From: Thermoanaerobaculia bacterium | GTDB lineage: Bacteria; Acidobacteriota; Thermoanaerobaculia; Multivoradales; JAGPDF01 | Assembly: GCA_963699245.1 (NCBI GenBank) | Contig: OY969426.1 | Location: forward strand, 2,030,998 to 2,094,997 | Direction of reading: 5' to 3' | DNA: 64,000 nt | In this document: positions 27,640 to 37,030 of the stretch, piece after piece | Layout: each line of letters opens with the position of its first letter | Numbering within the stretch: the first letter of the stretch is position 1 | Notes under the pieces: model-generated | What the model was told of the DNA's origin: nothing | Seen by the model: only the letters and a program-made list of their open reading frames with translations | Database searches by the model: none | Program-made: the position numbers and the translations under genes

Positions 27640-28211
27640 CGCGGCGGCTTGGCGGCGGAGGGCGCCGGGCGGGCGCGCAGCAGGCGCCAGAGGAAGTAGT
27701 TGGCGCCACCGGCGAGGGCCAGCGCCGCGGCCCAGTTGATCGCGGAGCCGCCGAGCCAGGCGCCGATCGCGCTGCCGAGGCCCTGCCAGGAAGCGGCCGC
27801 GAGGCCGCTGCCGGCGACGAAGGCGGCGCGCAGCAGGTCGACGAGAACGGCGAGTGCGCCGGTCGTGCCGGCGCGCGGATCGAGCTCGGCCGCTCCCAGG
27901 CCGAGCAGCGCCGCCGAGGCGCCGCCGACGAGGGCGAGCAGCGCCAGCGGAATCCGCCAGGCACGCATCGTCTTCGCTTCCCACGGCGCCGGCTCGAGCG
28001 CCGCCAGGACTTCGCGCGAGAAGCCGGGGCGCACGGCGACGCGCGCCGCCGCGAGGCGGGAGACGACGACGGCGGCGGCCGCCTCGCTGCGGCGGCAGGG
28101 GTCGCACGTCGCGAGGTGGCGCGCGAGCTCCTCCCGCTCGCCCGCTCCGAGCTCGCCGTCGGCGGCGAGGTCGATCCACTCTTCGTAGCGCTCGTGCTCC
28201 ATCGCCCTCAT
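27636..28211 (-). CDS. Anti-sigma factor, zf-HC2 (ZAS) type, single-pass membrane
   Basis: H-x3-C-x2-C motif (ARHLATCDPCRR) within the first 40 aa, then a TM helix (WRIPLALLALVGGASAALLGLG). The start overlaps the ECF sigma stop (ATGA). Confidence 0.8.
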   Translation of the reverse strand: MRAMEHERYEEWIDLAADGELGAGEREELARHLATCDPCRRSEAAAAVVVSRLAAARVAVRPGFSREVLAALEPAPWEAKTMRAWRIPLALLALVGGASAALLGLGAAELDPRAGTTGALAVLVDLLRAAFVAGSGLAAASWQGLGSAIGAWLGGSAINWAAALALAGGANYFLWRLLRARPAPSAAKPPR

Positions 28212-28810
28212 CCCCTCTCCGCCATCCGGTTCGCCGGCGCCAGCGTCTGCTTGAGCATCTGGCGCGCGCGGAAGAGCTTGTTCTTCACCGTGCCGAGCGG
28301 CATCCCCTTGCTCTCGGCGATCTCCTCGTAGGCCAGCTCGCCGTAGTGCCGCATCACGATCAGCTCCCGGTACTCCCAGGGGAGCGACTCGATCGCCGCG
28401 CGGACCTCGGCGTCCCTCTCGCGCGCCTCGAGCCCGGCGAGGGCCCCCGGCGTGTGATCCTCGACGTCGACGGCGTACCCGCCGTCTTCCCGGCTCTCGT
28501 CGGCCGGCCCGATCGACACGGTCCGGAAGCGCCGCCGCCGGATCTGGTCGATCGCCGCGTTCTGGGCGACCCGGAAGAGCCAGGTCGAGAAGCGGTACTG
28601 CGGATCGAAGCGATCGAGAGCCTGGTACACCCTGACGAAGACCTCCTGCGCCAGATCGTGCGCGTCGTCGGTCTGACGTACCAGGCGATGCAGGTAGTTC
28701 ACCAGCCGCCCCTGGTAGCGCTCGACCAGCTCGGCGTAGCGCTCCCGGTCCCCGGCAAGGACCGTCCGCACCAGCTCTTCGTCCGTCATCGGCTCGGGCT
28801 CGCGCGGCAT
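28208..28810 (-). CDS. ECF (group 4) sigma-70 family RNA polymerase sigma factor
   Basis: Region 2 (YQGRLVNYLHRLVRQTDDAHDLAQEVFVRVYQALDRFDPQYRFSTWLFRVAQNAAID) and region 4 (LPWEYRELIVMRHYGELAYEEIAESKGMPLGTVKNKLFRARQML). Confidence 0.9.
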   Translation of the reverse strand: MPREPEPMTDEELVRTVLAGDRERYAELVERYQGRLVNYLHRLVRQTDDAHDLAQEVFVRVYQALDRFDPQYRFSTWLFRVAQNAAIDQIRRRRFRTVSIGPADESREDGGYAVDVEDHTPGALAGLEARERDAEVRAAIESLPWEYRELIVMRHYGELAYEEIAESKGMPLGTVKNKLFRARQMLKQTLAPANRMAERG

Positions 28811-28816
28811 GAGAAG

Positions 28817-28842
28817 TACGGGGGGGCCCGCTCCCGGGTTGC
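28817..28842 (-). promoter_or_regulatory. Candidate ECF-type promoter (GCAAC-N17-CGTA) upstream of the sigma gene
   Basis: The minus strand reads TGCAACCCGGGAGCGGGCCCCCCCGTACTTCTCATG. This has an AAC-type -35 and a CGT-type -10 with 17-nt spacing. The -10 ends only 6 nt before ATG 28810, which would imply a leaderless transcript or use of the second Met. Pattern match only. Confidence 0.3.
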
Positions 28843-28925
28843 AGGGGCCTGCCGGCGACGGGACGAGCCGGCGCGGCGCCGACTCCCGGTCCCGACCTCC
28901 GGCCGACCTGCGGGGAGCGGAAATC

Positions 28926-30954
28926 CTACCGGAGAGAGCCCCCGGTGAGCTCGCGCACCCGCAGCAGCCGGTCCCCCTGGCGAATGTCGGCCAGCACCGC
29001 CGCCCCGTCGATCAGCCGGCCGAAGACCGTGTAGCCGCCGTCGAGATGGGGCTGCGGGGAGAGCGTCACGAAGAACTGGCTTCCGCCGGTGTCCGGCCCC
29101 GAGAGCGCCATGCCGAGAGCCCCGGCGACGTAGCGCCGGCGGTTGATCTCGTCGCGCAGGGAGTAGCCCGGCCCCCCCCAGCCGTCGCCGCGCGGATCGC
29201 CCCCCTGCACCACGAAGTCCGGCACCACGCGGTGGAAGACCTGGCCGTCGAAGTAGTGCTGGCGCGCCAGCTGGAGGAAGGAGAGGCAGGTGAGCGGCGC
29301 GTCGGCGGTCGCCAGCTCGAGCGTCAGCGTTCCCCGCTCGGTGTCGATCGCGACCCGCGCCGGCGCCGCCATCTGGCGCAGGATGACGCGGTAGGCCTCG
29401 AGCTCACGCCGGGTGTCGACCTGGCCGAGGGCGGGTCGCGGCTCGCCGAGCTCGACGAGCGCGGCGCCGGCGGCGCGCCGGATCAGCCAGTCCGGATCCC
29501 CCGCCAGACGGAGGAGCGCCGCGACCACCGCGGGGCGCTCGGCGGCGCTGGCGGCGCCGCGCTTGGCGAGCACCGCGATGCCGGTCGTTCGTACGTCGCT
29601 CTGGGCACCGTCGGCGCGCGCCGCGTCGATCGCCGCCGCCACCTTCGCCGTCGGCAACGCCGGTGAATCGGCGAGCGCGTCGAGCGCCGCCGCCCGCACC
29701 GCCGGGTCGGCATCGGCGAGCGCGGCGAGGAGCGTGTCGGTCGCGCCGAGCCCGGCGAGCGCGGTGAGCGCGGTGAGCGCCGCCACGCGCACGGCCGGAG
29801 CGCGGTCGCGCGCGAGCTGGTCGAGGGTGGCACGGTCCCCGAGCTTCGCCGCCGCGGCGGCCGCCTGCGCCCGCAGGTCGCGCTGCGGGCTCGCGGCGGC
29901 CGCGGCGACCAGTTGGTCGAGGCCGCCGACTCCACCCGCCGCGAGCGAGCCCAGCGCCAGCTCGCGCTCGCGCGGCTCGCCGTTCGCGAAAGCGGCGCGC
30001 AGTGCCTCTTCGAGCGCTCGCTGCGGCAGGAAGGCTCCGGCCGCCTCGAGCGCCGCGGCGCGCACTCCCGGGCGGACATCCCTGATCTGCCCGGCGAGAG
30101 CGTCCCCCCACGCGAGCGGCGGCAGCGCCTGCGCCCTGCCGAGGATTCGGGCGCCGGCGCGCATCGCCTGGATGCGGGGCGAGGGGCCGGCATCGGTGAG
30201 CAGGGGCATCAGCACCGCGAGGTCCGCGAGCTCACCGAGCTCGCCCAGGCCGCGCGCCGCCCAGGCGCGGATCTGCGGGTCGCGGTCGGTCAGCAGGGTG
30301 CGCAGGGTCGCCAGCCCTTCCGGCCGCGCCGCGCGCGCCAGTCCGTAGGCGGCGCCGCGGCGGATCTCGCCGTCGGCCGAGCCGAGCGCGTCGCGTGCGG
30401 CTTCGACCATGGCGCTCTCGGGAAAGCGGAAGAGGAAGGGAGCGAGCCGCGCGCGCCGCTCTTCGGGCGCCAGCGCGGCGAGCGCCGGCGTGAGCTCCGC
30501 GAGCGGTACGGCGAGCTTGCCGAGCGCCTCGACCGCGAGTTGTCCGAGCTCGCGATCGGCATCGGCGGCGACGGCGAGGAGCGCCCCCTTCGCCTCCGGG
30601 CGCGCCGAGCTCGCCGAGCGCGAAGGCGGCGGCGCGCCGGGTCTCGCCGTCGGGATCGATCAGCAGCCCCTGCAGCAGGCTGCGGCCGCGCGGATCGCCG
30701 ATGCGCCCGAGGGCGGTGGCGAGCTGCCGCCGTTCCGCCACGCCGGCGCGCAGCATCGACTCGAGCGCCGCCGGCTCGTAGAGCCGCCGGTCTTCGAGCA
30801 GCAGGAGCATCGCGCGCGCCTCGAGAGCGGCGTCGGCGGTGGCCGCTGGCGCCGCCGGCCGGGAGGCGGGGGCGACGGCGGGCGGCGCCGCGCTGCAGGC
30901 GGCGAGGAGCGCGGGCAGAAGGAGCGTCGGCAGGCTGTCGCGAAGGCGGCTCAT
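28926..30954 (-). pseudogene. HEAT-repeat + cyclophilin-type peptidyl-prolyl isomerase lipoprotein, frame broken once
   Basis: N-terminus is in ORF 30232-30954 (MSRLRDSLPTLLLPALLAAC lipobox; ...RRAAAFALGELGA). The gene continues in the frame of ORF 28926-30410 (PEAKGALLAVAADADRELG... with many HEAT-like xxVRxAAxxALG repeats). The C-terminal cyclophilin is FHRVVPDFVVQGGDPRGDGWGGPGYSLRDE...GPDTGGSQFFVTL...LDGGYTVFGR. One extra nucleotide lies near 30595-30612, and the length is 3n+1. Confidence 0.8.
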
Positions 30955-30985
30955 GGCGGCATGCTAATCCGGTAGGCTCGATCGG

Positions 30986-31600
30986 GTGTCGGCCACCCGC
31001 CTCGAATTCGCCGCTCTCACCCGTCGCTTCGGCGCGCTCAAGGTGCTCACCGGCGCGAGCGGCCGGGTGGAAGGCGGGGGCGTGCTGGTCGTGCGCGGCG
31101 CCAACGGCTGCGGCAAGTCGACCCTGCTGCGCTGCCTGGCTGGCCTGATGCGCCCCGACCGCGGCACCATCCGGGCCTGGGAGGGCGGGCACGAGCTCGA
31201 CGACGACGCCCGCCGCTCGCGGGTCGGCTTCCTCTCTCCCGATCTGGCCTTCTACGACGAGCTCTCCGGCAGCGAGAACCTCGCCTTCGTGGCGCGCCTG
31301 CGCGGCGTGCCGGCCGAGCGCGGCGAGGCGCTGCTCGCGCGGCTCGGACTCCCCGCCGGACGGCTCTACCACGCCATGTCGTCGGGAATGCGACAGCGCC
31401 TGCGGTGGGCCTTCGCTCTGCTCCACGATCCCGGCATCCTGCTGCTCGACGAGCCGTTCCAGAATCTCGACGCCGAAGGGGAAGCGACGGCGCGCGCCCT
31501 GCTCGCCGAGCGGCTCGCCGCCGGCGCCCTCGCCATCGTCGCCAGCCCCGCCCCGATCGACCTTCCCGCGGTGACCGATGAGCTCCGGCTGGGCGGCTGA
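30986..31600 (+). CDS. ccmA: Heme exporter ATP-binding protein CcmA (ABC ATPase)
   Basis: GTG start. Walker A GANGCGKSTLLRCLAG, signature SSGMRQRL, Walker B ILLLDEP. It is the first gene of a ccm-ordered cluster. Confidence 0.8.
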   Translation: MSATRLEFAALTRRFGALKVLTGASGRVEGGGVLVVRGANGCGKSTLLRCLAGLMRPDRGTIRAWEGGHELDDDARRSRVGFLSPDLAFYDELSGSENLAFVARLRGVPAERGEALLARLGLPAGRLYHAMSSGMRQRLRWAFALLHDPGILLLDEPFQNLDAEGEATARALLAERLAAGALAIVASPAPIDLPAVTDELRLGG

Positions 31601-32255
31601 AGCGGCGGCGGTCTTCGCCAAGGACTGGCGCTGCGAGCTGCGCACGCGGCACGCGGTCGCCACGCTGGCGCTCTTCGCGGTCACCACCCTGATCGTGGCG
31701 AGCCTGGTGCTCGGCCCGATCGGCAACGACCCGGCGCAGGCCGAGCGCGTCGTGCCGGTGCTGATCTGGCTGATCCTGCTCTTCGCCGCCGCGGCCGGCC
31801 TGCCGCGCGCCTTCGTGCACGAGGAGGAGAGCCGCACCGCCATCACCCTGCGGCTCGCCGCCCGCCCCTCGGTCGTCTTCGCCGGCAAGCTCCTCCACGT
31901 CGTGACCCTGGTCGGCGCCCTCGAGCTCCTGGTGGCGCCGCTCGCGGTGGCGCTCTTCGACCTCTCGGTCGCCCGGCCGCTCGGCTTCGCCGCCGCGCTC
32001 GCCGCCGGCGGGCTCGCCATCGCCGCGGCGACCACTCTGCTCGCTGCGATCGTCGCCCAGGGGCGAGGGGCCTCGACCCTCTTCGCGGTCCTGGCACTCC
32101 CTGTGCTGCTCCCCGCCCTGGCGCTCGCGGTAGCCGCCGCGCGCGCCGCGATCGGCGGCGTTGAAGATGGGCAAACGTTGACACTACTGGTCTTGTATGA
32201 TGGTTCGGTCGTCGTCGCAGGTTTCCTTCTCTTCCCGACAATCTGGCACCCATGA
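31578..32255 (+). CDS. ccmB: Heme exporter membrane protein CcmB
   Basis: A ~225-aa polytopic protein (FAKDWRCELRTRHAVATLALFAVTTLIV...) between ccmA and ccmC. It overlaps the ccmA end by 23 nt. Confidence 0.75.
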   Translation: MSSGWAAEAAAVFAKDWRCELRTRHAVATLALFAVTTLIVASLVLGPIGNDPAQAERVVPVLIWLILLFAAAAGLPRAFVHEEESRTAITLRLAARPSVVFAGKLLHVVTLVGALELLVAPLAVALFDLSVARPLGFAAALAAGGLAIAAATTLLAAIVAQGRGASTLFAVLALPVLLPALALAVAAARAAIGGVEDGQTLTLLVLYDGSVVVAGFLLFPTIWHP

Positions 32256-32914
32256 GACGCGCACTCGTCACTCTTCTCTGGCTCTGGATGGCGGTCGTCA
32301 TCTGGGCGGCCTTCGCCTGGGCGCCGCTCGCCATGGGCTTCAAGGGCGAGTCGAGCCGGATCCTCTTCTTCCACGTCCCGATGGCCTGGGTCTCGTTCAT
32401 GGCCTTCATGACCGCCGGGGTGCAGAGCCTGCGCTACGTGGCGAGCCGCGACCCGCGCTTCGACCGCAGCGCGGCCGGCGCGGTCGAGATCGGACAGGTT
32501 TTCGCCCTCCTCGCGACCGTCACCGGGGCGATCTGGGCCCGCATCATGTGGGGCTCCTACTGGAACTGGGATCCGCGCGAGAGCGCCATCGTCGTGGCGC
32601 TGCTCTACTACGCCGCCTATCTCGCCCTGCGCCAGGCGATCGCCGACGACCACACCCGGGCCCGGCTGGCGGCCGCCTATGCCATTCTCGGCCTGGTGGT
32701 GGCGCCCTTCCTCTATTTCGTCCTCCCCCGGCTCGGCTTCACACTCCATCCCGAGCCGGTGATCAATACTCAGGGCAAGATGGACGTCGAGTCGCGAATG
32801 CTGACCGTTCTGATCGCCTCTTCGGCCGGTTTCACCGTACTGTTCTACTGGATGCTGTCGCTGCGCAGCCGGCTCGCCGCCGTCGCCGCGCGGCGTCTCG
32901 AGGAGGGAAGCTGA
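32252..32914 (+). CDS. ccmC: Heme chaperone-loading protein CcmC
   Basis: Trp-rich heme-handling motif WGSYWNWDPRE and conserved FFHVPMAW. ATGA overlap with ccmB. Confidence 0.9.
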   Translation: MRRALVTLLWLWMAVVIWAAFAWAPLAMGFKGESSRILFFHVPMAWVSFMAFMTAGVQSLRYVASRDPRFDRSAAGAVEIGQVFALLATVTGAIWARIMWGSYWNWDPRESAIVVALLYYAAYLALRQAIADDHTRARLAAAYAILGLVVAPFLYFVLPRLGFTLHPEPVINTQGKMDVESRMLTVLIASSAGFTVLFYWMLSLRSRLAAVAARRLEEGS

Positions 32915-33024
32915 TGGGAGGCCCGACGTGGGTGATCGCCGTGAATCTCATCATCTGGACGGGACTCGTCCTCTGGCTCTTCCGGCTCGACCGGAAGATT
33001 CGCGAACTGGAGCGTGAGTCATGA
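32914..33024 (+). CDS. ccmD: CcmD-like small single-TM protein (36 aa)
   Basis: Not a separate entry in the ORF track. ATG 32914 overlaps the ccmC stop (TGATG), and its own stop overlaps the ccmE start (ATGA). Sequence MGGPTWVIAVNLIIWTGLVLWLFRLDRKIRELERES has one helix and a basic tail. Its position between ccmC and ccmE is as expected for CcmD. Confidence 0.6.
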   Translation: MGGPTWVIAVNLIIWTGLVLWLFRLDRKIRELERES

Positions 33025-33422
33025 GTCGTCGCCAATGGACCGTGATCGGGATCGCGCTGCTGGTCGGATTCGCGGGCTTCGCCTTCGCCGCCTTCCGCAC
33101 CAGCCTGACGCCGTACGTCTCGTTCGCCGAGGCGCGTGACGCGAGGCGCGTCGTGCAGGTCGCCGGCGCGCTCGAGAAGTCGAGCCCGCCGCACTTCGAG
33201 GAAGCGACCTCGACGCTCCACTTCGCGCTCAAGGATGCGCAGGCCGGCGGCACCCTGGCGGTGCGCTACAACGGCCTCAAGCCGGCCAACTTCGAGGACG
33301 CCATCTCGATCGTGGCGATCGGCCACTGGGACACCGCGACCAACGAGTTCGAGGCGCGCAAGCTCCTCGTCAAGTGCCCCTCGAAATACCAGGGAGCCGA
33401 AGTGAAGAGTTACGGCTCGTGA
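33021..33422 (+). CDS. ccmE: Cytochrome c maturation heme chaperone CcmE, CxxxY variant
   Basis: N-terminal anchor (WTVIGIALLVGFAGFAFAAF), an OB-fold-like body, and C-terminal LLVKCPSKYQ where canonical CcmE has H-x3-Y (LAKHDENY). Confidence 0.85.
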   Translation: MSRRQWTVIGIALLVGFAGFAFAAFRTSLTPYVSFAEARDARRVVQVAGALEKSSPPHFEEATSTLHFALKDAQAGGTLAVRYNGLKPANFEDAISIVAIGHWDTATNEFEARKLLVKCPSKYQGAEVKSYGS

Positions 33423-35683
33423 GCGCCCTCGCCGGCTTCTACCTGCCGGGCGCCGTCACCCTCTGGTGCGCGGTCGCCTTCGCGCTCGCGACGCTCTGGG
33501 GCTACGCCGACCTCGCGCGCGGCGACGAATCGGCGCGCGCCTTCGCGCGCCGCGCCTACCGGCTGTACGCGCTGTCGGTCGTTCTCTGCGCCTTCGTGAT
33601 GATGCTGGCGCTGGCGCGGCGCGACTTCCGCATCGACTACGTCTACCAGTACTCGGGGATGGATCTTCCCTTCCGCTACCAGCTCGCCGCCTTCTGGGCG
33701 GGACAGAAGGGGAGCTTCCTGATCTGGCTGCTCTGGGGCTCGCTGATCGGCGTCCCGCTCCTGCGCACCTGTGGCAAGCAGGAGCCGGCGGTGATGGGCA
33801 TCTTCACCCTGGCGCAGATGGGCGTGCTCTTCATCCTGGTGCGCGAGAACCTCTTCCTGATGCTCGACCACGCGCCGCTCGACGGCCAGGGGCTCAACCC
33901 GCTGCTGCAGGACGACTGGATGGTCATCCACCCGCCGATCATGTTCATCGGCTACGCGCTGGCGGCAGTGCCGTTCGCCTTCGCGATGGCGGCGCTCTGG
34001 TCGCGCGACACCTCCGAGTGGGCGGCGCGCGCCTTCCCGTGGGCGCTGGCCGGCTTCCTGGTGCTCGGCTGCGCCATCCTGCTCGGCGGCTACTGGGCCT
34101 ACAAGACGCTCGGCTGGGGCGGCTACTGGGGCTGGGATCCGGTCGAGAACGCCTCGCTCATCCCCTGGCTGTTCGGCACCGCTCTCGTGCACGGGCTCTA
34201 TCTCGAGCGAACGCGCGGGCGCTTCCGGCGCGCCAACCTCGTGCTGGCGAGCCTGGTCTTCATCTCGGTGCTCTACGGCACCTTCCTGACCCGCTCGGGC
34301 GTGCTCGCCGACTTCTCGGTGCACAGTTTCGTCGATCTCGGCATCTCGGGATGGCTGATCGCGCTGATGGCGGTCTTCATCGGCATCGCGATCTTCCTGC
34401 TCGCGACGCGGCTCAAGGACGTCAAGACGGCGCCGAACGAGGATCCGCCGCTCTCGCGCGGCACTTTCCTCGTGCTCGCCACGACGACGATCCTCGGCTG
34501 CGCGCTGCTGGTGACGATCGGAACGTCGTCGCCGCTGCTCACCCGCTTCCAGGCCCAGCCGTCGCAGGTCGGGCCCGAGTTCTACAACCGGGTGAACTTC
34601 CCGCTCGCGCTGCTCGCGGCGTTCCTGCTCGCCATCGTCCCCTATCTCACCTGGAAGGGTGAGATGTCGAAGAAGCAGCTGCTGCTCAAGATCGCGCCGG
34701 GGCTCGGCGCGGGCTTCCTCGCGGCGGTGGGGTCGCTGGTCGCCGGCGTCGTCGATCCGCTGCACCTGTTCTTCATCTTCCTGTCGATCACTGCGCTGGC
34801 GAACAACCTGCACAAGTTCATCGAGAAGACCCGCGCCCAGGGCTTCGGCGCCGGCGGCGGCTATCTCGCGCACGTCGGGGTCGGCATCCTGTTCATCGGG
34901 ATCCTCGCTTCGTCGGCCTACGACGAGAGCCGCAAGCTGACGCTGGTGCAGGGGCAGCCGGCCAAGGTCGGCGACCTGACGCTCACCTTCAACCGCTTCC
35001 TCGGCCGCACCGCGACCGAGAAGGAGCGCGCCGAGGTGGCGGTGACGCGCGCCAACGGCTCGACCTGGCTCGCTTACCCGAAGATCTTCGTCAACGACCG
35101 CACGCGGCAGCTGATGGTCCACCCCGACGTCAAGAGCGGGGTCTTCGCCGATCTCTATCTCTCGCCGCTCGAGTACGACCCGGGCGACGCCGGCGGCCAG
35201 GTGCGCCAGGTCGAGATCTCGAAGGGCGAGGAGACCACCTACGGCGACCTCACTCTCCGCTTCGTCGGCTTCGACCTCGAGAAGGACGGCAACGCGCTGG
35301 TCAAGATGACGACCGGCGAGCTGGTCACCATCGGCGCCAAGGTGCAGGTCACGCAGGCGGGCGTCACGCGCGAGCTCGAGCCCCTCTACCGCTTCTCGCG
35401 CAACGGCCAGGCGGAGTTCCCGCCGCTCGACCTGCCGGGGGGCGGCCGTATCGCGCTCGCCGGCATCAACGCCTCGCAGGGGCAGGCGCGCTTCTACGTG
35501 CAGCTCGCCGACGCCGCCGCGACGCCGGCCCGCCTGTCGCTCGACGTGACCCACAAGCCGCTCGTCCAGCTCGTCTGGTGGGGCGTCTACGTGGCGCTCT
35601 TCGGCGGCCTGCTCGCCGCCGTCGCCCGCGTCAAGCAGCTCAAGGTCCTCGAAGCGATCGCCTCCCGGCAGAGCGCCGGCTAG
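33419..35683 (+). CDS. ccmF: Cytochrome c-type biogenesis heme lyase subunit CcmF
   Basis: Track ORF 33374-35683; start preferred at GTG 33419 (GTGA overlap with ccmE). Trp-rich motif [19 protein letters not shown], many TM helices, and a CcmF_C-like tail. Confidence 0.9.
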   Translation: MSALAGFYLPGAVTLWCAVAFALATLWGYADLARGDESARAFARRAYRLYALSVVLCAFVMMLALARRDFRIDYVYQYSGMDLPFRYQLAAFWAGQKGSFLIWLLWGSLIGVPLLRTCGKQEPAVMGIFTLAQMGVLFILVRENLFLMLDHAPLDGQGLNPLLQDDWMVIHPPIMFIGYALAAVPFAFAMAALWSRDTSEWAARAFPWALAGFLVLGCAILLGGYWAYKTLGWGGYWGWDPVENASLIPWLFGTALVHGLYLERTRGRFRRANLVLASLVFISVLYGTFLTRSGVLADFSVHSFVDLGISGWLIALMAVFIGIAIFLLATRLKDVKTAPNEDPPLSRGTFLVLATTTILGCALLVTIGTSSPLLTRFQAQPSQVGPEFYNRVNFPLALLAAFLLAIVPYLTWKGEMSKKQLLLKIAPGLGAGFLAAVGSLVAGVVDPLHLFFIFLSITALANNLHKFIEKTRAQGFGAGGGYLAHVGVGILFIGILASSAYDESRKLTLVQGQPAKVGDLTLTFNRFLGRTATEKERAEVAVTRANGSTWLAYPKIFVNDRTRQLMVHPDVKSGVFADLYLSPLEYDPGDAGGQVRQVEISKGEETTYGDLTLRFVGFDLEKDGNALVKMTTGELVTIGAKVQVTQAGVTRELEPLYRFSRNGQAEFPPLDLPGGGRIALAGINASQGQARFYVQLADAAATPARLSLDVTHKPLVQLVWWGVYVALFGGLLAAVARVKQLKVLEAIASRQSAG

Positions 35684-35710
35684 CCCGCCTTCGTCCGTCC
35701 GCGCGCGTGG

Positions 35711-35716
35711 GAGAAT
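35711..35716 (+). promoter_or_regulatory. -10-like hexamer GAGAAT 6 nt upstream of the trmFO GTG (possible leaderless start)
   Basis: GGGAGAATCCCCGCGTG: the only A/T-rich hexamer in the 39-nt ccmF-trmFO spacer. No Shine-Dalgarno sequence is visible. Confidence 0.25.
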
Positions 35717-35722
35717 CCCCGC

Positions 35723-37030
35723 GTGCGAACGGACCCCGTTCACGTCGTCGGCGCCGGCCTCGCCGGCAGCGAGTGCGCCTTTCAGCTCGCGAGCCGCGGC
35801 GTGCCGGTCGTGCTGTACGAGATGCGGCCCGTGCGGCCGACGCCGGCCCACCACACCGACCGCTTCGCCGAGCTCGTCTGCTCGAACTCGCTGCGCAGCG
35901 ACGACCCCGAGCACGCCGCCGGCCTGCTCAAGCGCGAAATGGAGAGCTTCGGCTCGCTCGTCCTCGCGGCGGCGCGCGAGCACGCAGTGCCCGCCGGCGG
36001 CGCGCTGGCGGTCGACCGCGAGCGTTTCGCCGCGGCGATCACCGAGCGGCTCGCCGGGCTCGCGGGCGTCGAGATCCGGCGCGAGGAGGTCACCGCGCTG
36101 CCGGAAGGCGATGTCGTCCTCGCCACCGGCCCGCTGACCTCGCCGGCGCTCGCCGAGCTGCTCCGCCGGCTGTGCGGCGAGCACCTCTACTTCTACGACG
36201 CGATCGCGCCGATCGTCGACGGCGAATCGCTCGATTTCGGGCCGCTCTTCGCCGCCTCGCGCTACGGCAAGGGGGGCGGCGACGACTACTGGAACGTGCC
36301 GCTCGACCGCGCGGGCTACGAGGCCTTCCACCGCGCCATCGTCGAGGCCGAGGTGCTGCCGCTGCACGACTTCGAGCGCGCGCTCTTCTTCGAGGGGTGC
36401 CTGCCGATCGAGGAGCTGGCGCGCCGCGGCGTCGACACGCTGCGCTTCGGTCCGATGAAGCCGGTCGGCCTGCGCGGCCCCGACGGCCGCCGCCCCTGGG
36501 CGGTGGTGCAGCTGCGGCAGGAGAGCCTGGCGACGAAGCACTTCAACCTGGTCGGCTTCCAGTCGCGCATGAAGTGGCCCGACCAGCAGCGCGTCTTCCG
36601 CCTGCTGCCGGGCTTCGCCGCCGCCGAGTTCGTGCGCCTCGGCCAGATCCACCGCAACACCTTCGTCAACTCGCCGCGCTGCCTCGACGCGCACTACCGG
36701 CTGCGCGCGGCGCCGCGCGTCCGGCTCGCCGGCCAGATCACCGGCGTCGAGGGCTACCTCGAGAGCGCCGCCACCGGCCTCGCGGTGGCGCTCTAGCTCG
36801 TCGTCGAGCGGCGCGGCGACGAGCCCCGGCGGATGCCCCCGACGACCGGATTCGGCGCCCTCGTCCGCCACCTCACCGAGAGCGATCCGGAGCACTTCCA
36901 GCCGGCCAACATCAACTACGGCCTCTTCGAGCCTCTGGCGCCCGAGCCGGCGAAGGGCGAGCGCCGCGCCGCGTACGCCGACCGGGCGCGCGCCGACCTC
37001 GCGGCGTGGAAGATGCGATGCGGGCTCTGA
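35723..37030 (+). pseudogene. trmFO: Methylenetetrahydrofolate--tRNA-(U54-C5)-methyltransferase TrmFO (Gid), interrupted by one in-frame TAG
   Basis: [18 protein letters not shown] (FAD GxGxxG) ...[11 protein letters not shown]...[15 protein letters not shown]...[22 protein letters not shown]...[22 protein letters not shown], then TAG at 36794-36796. The same frame then continues without further stops ([47 protein letters not shown]...) to 37030. The combined ~435 codons give a normal TrmFO length. Confidence 0.85.

Noticed and set aside
36794-36796. In-frame TAG in trmFO as pyrrolysine or programmed readthrough
   Set aside because: It is a single occurrence, with no pyl genes or suppressor tRNA in the window. 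Other genes here terminate with TAG (for example ccmF, thiC, and the lipoprotein ending at 43724). The surrounding region is full of other sequence defects.
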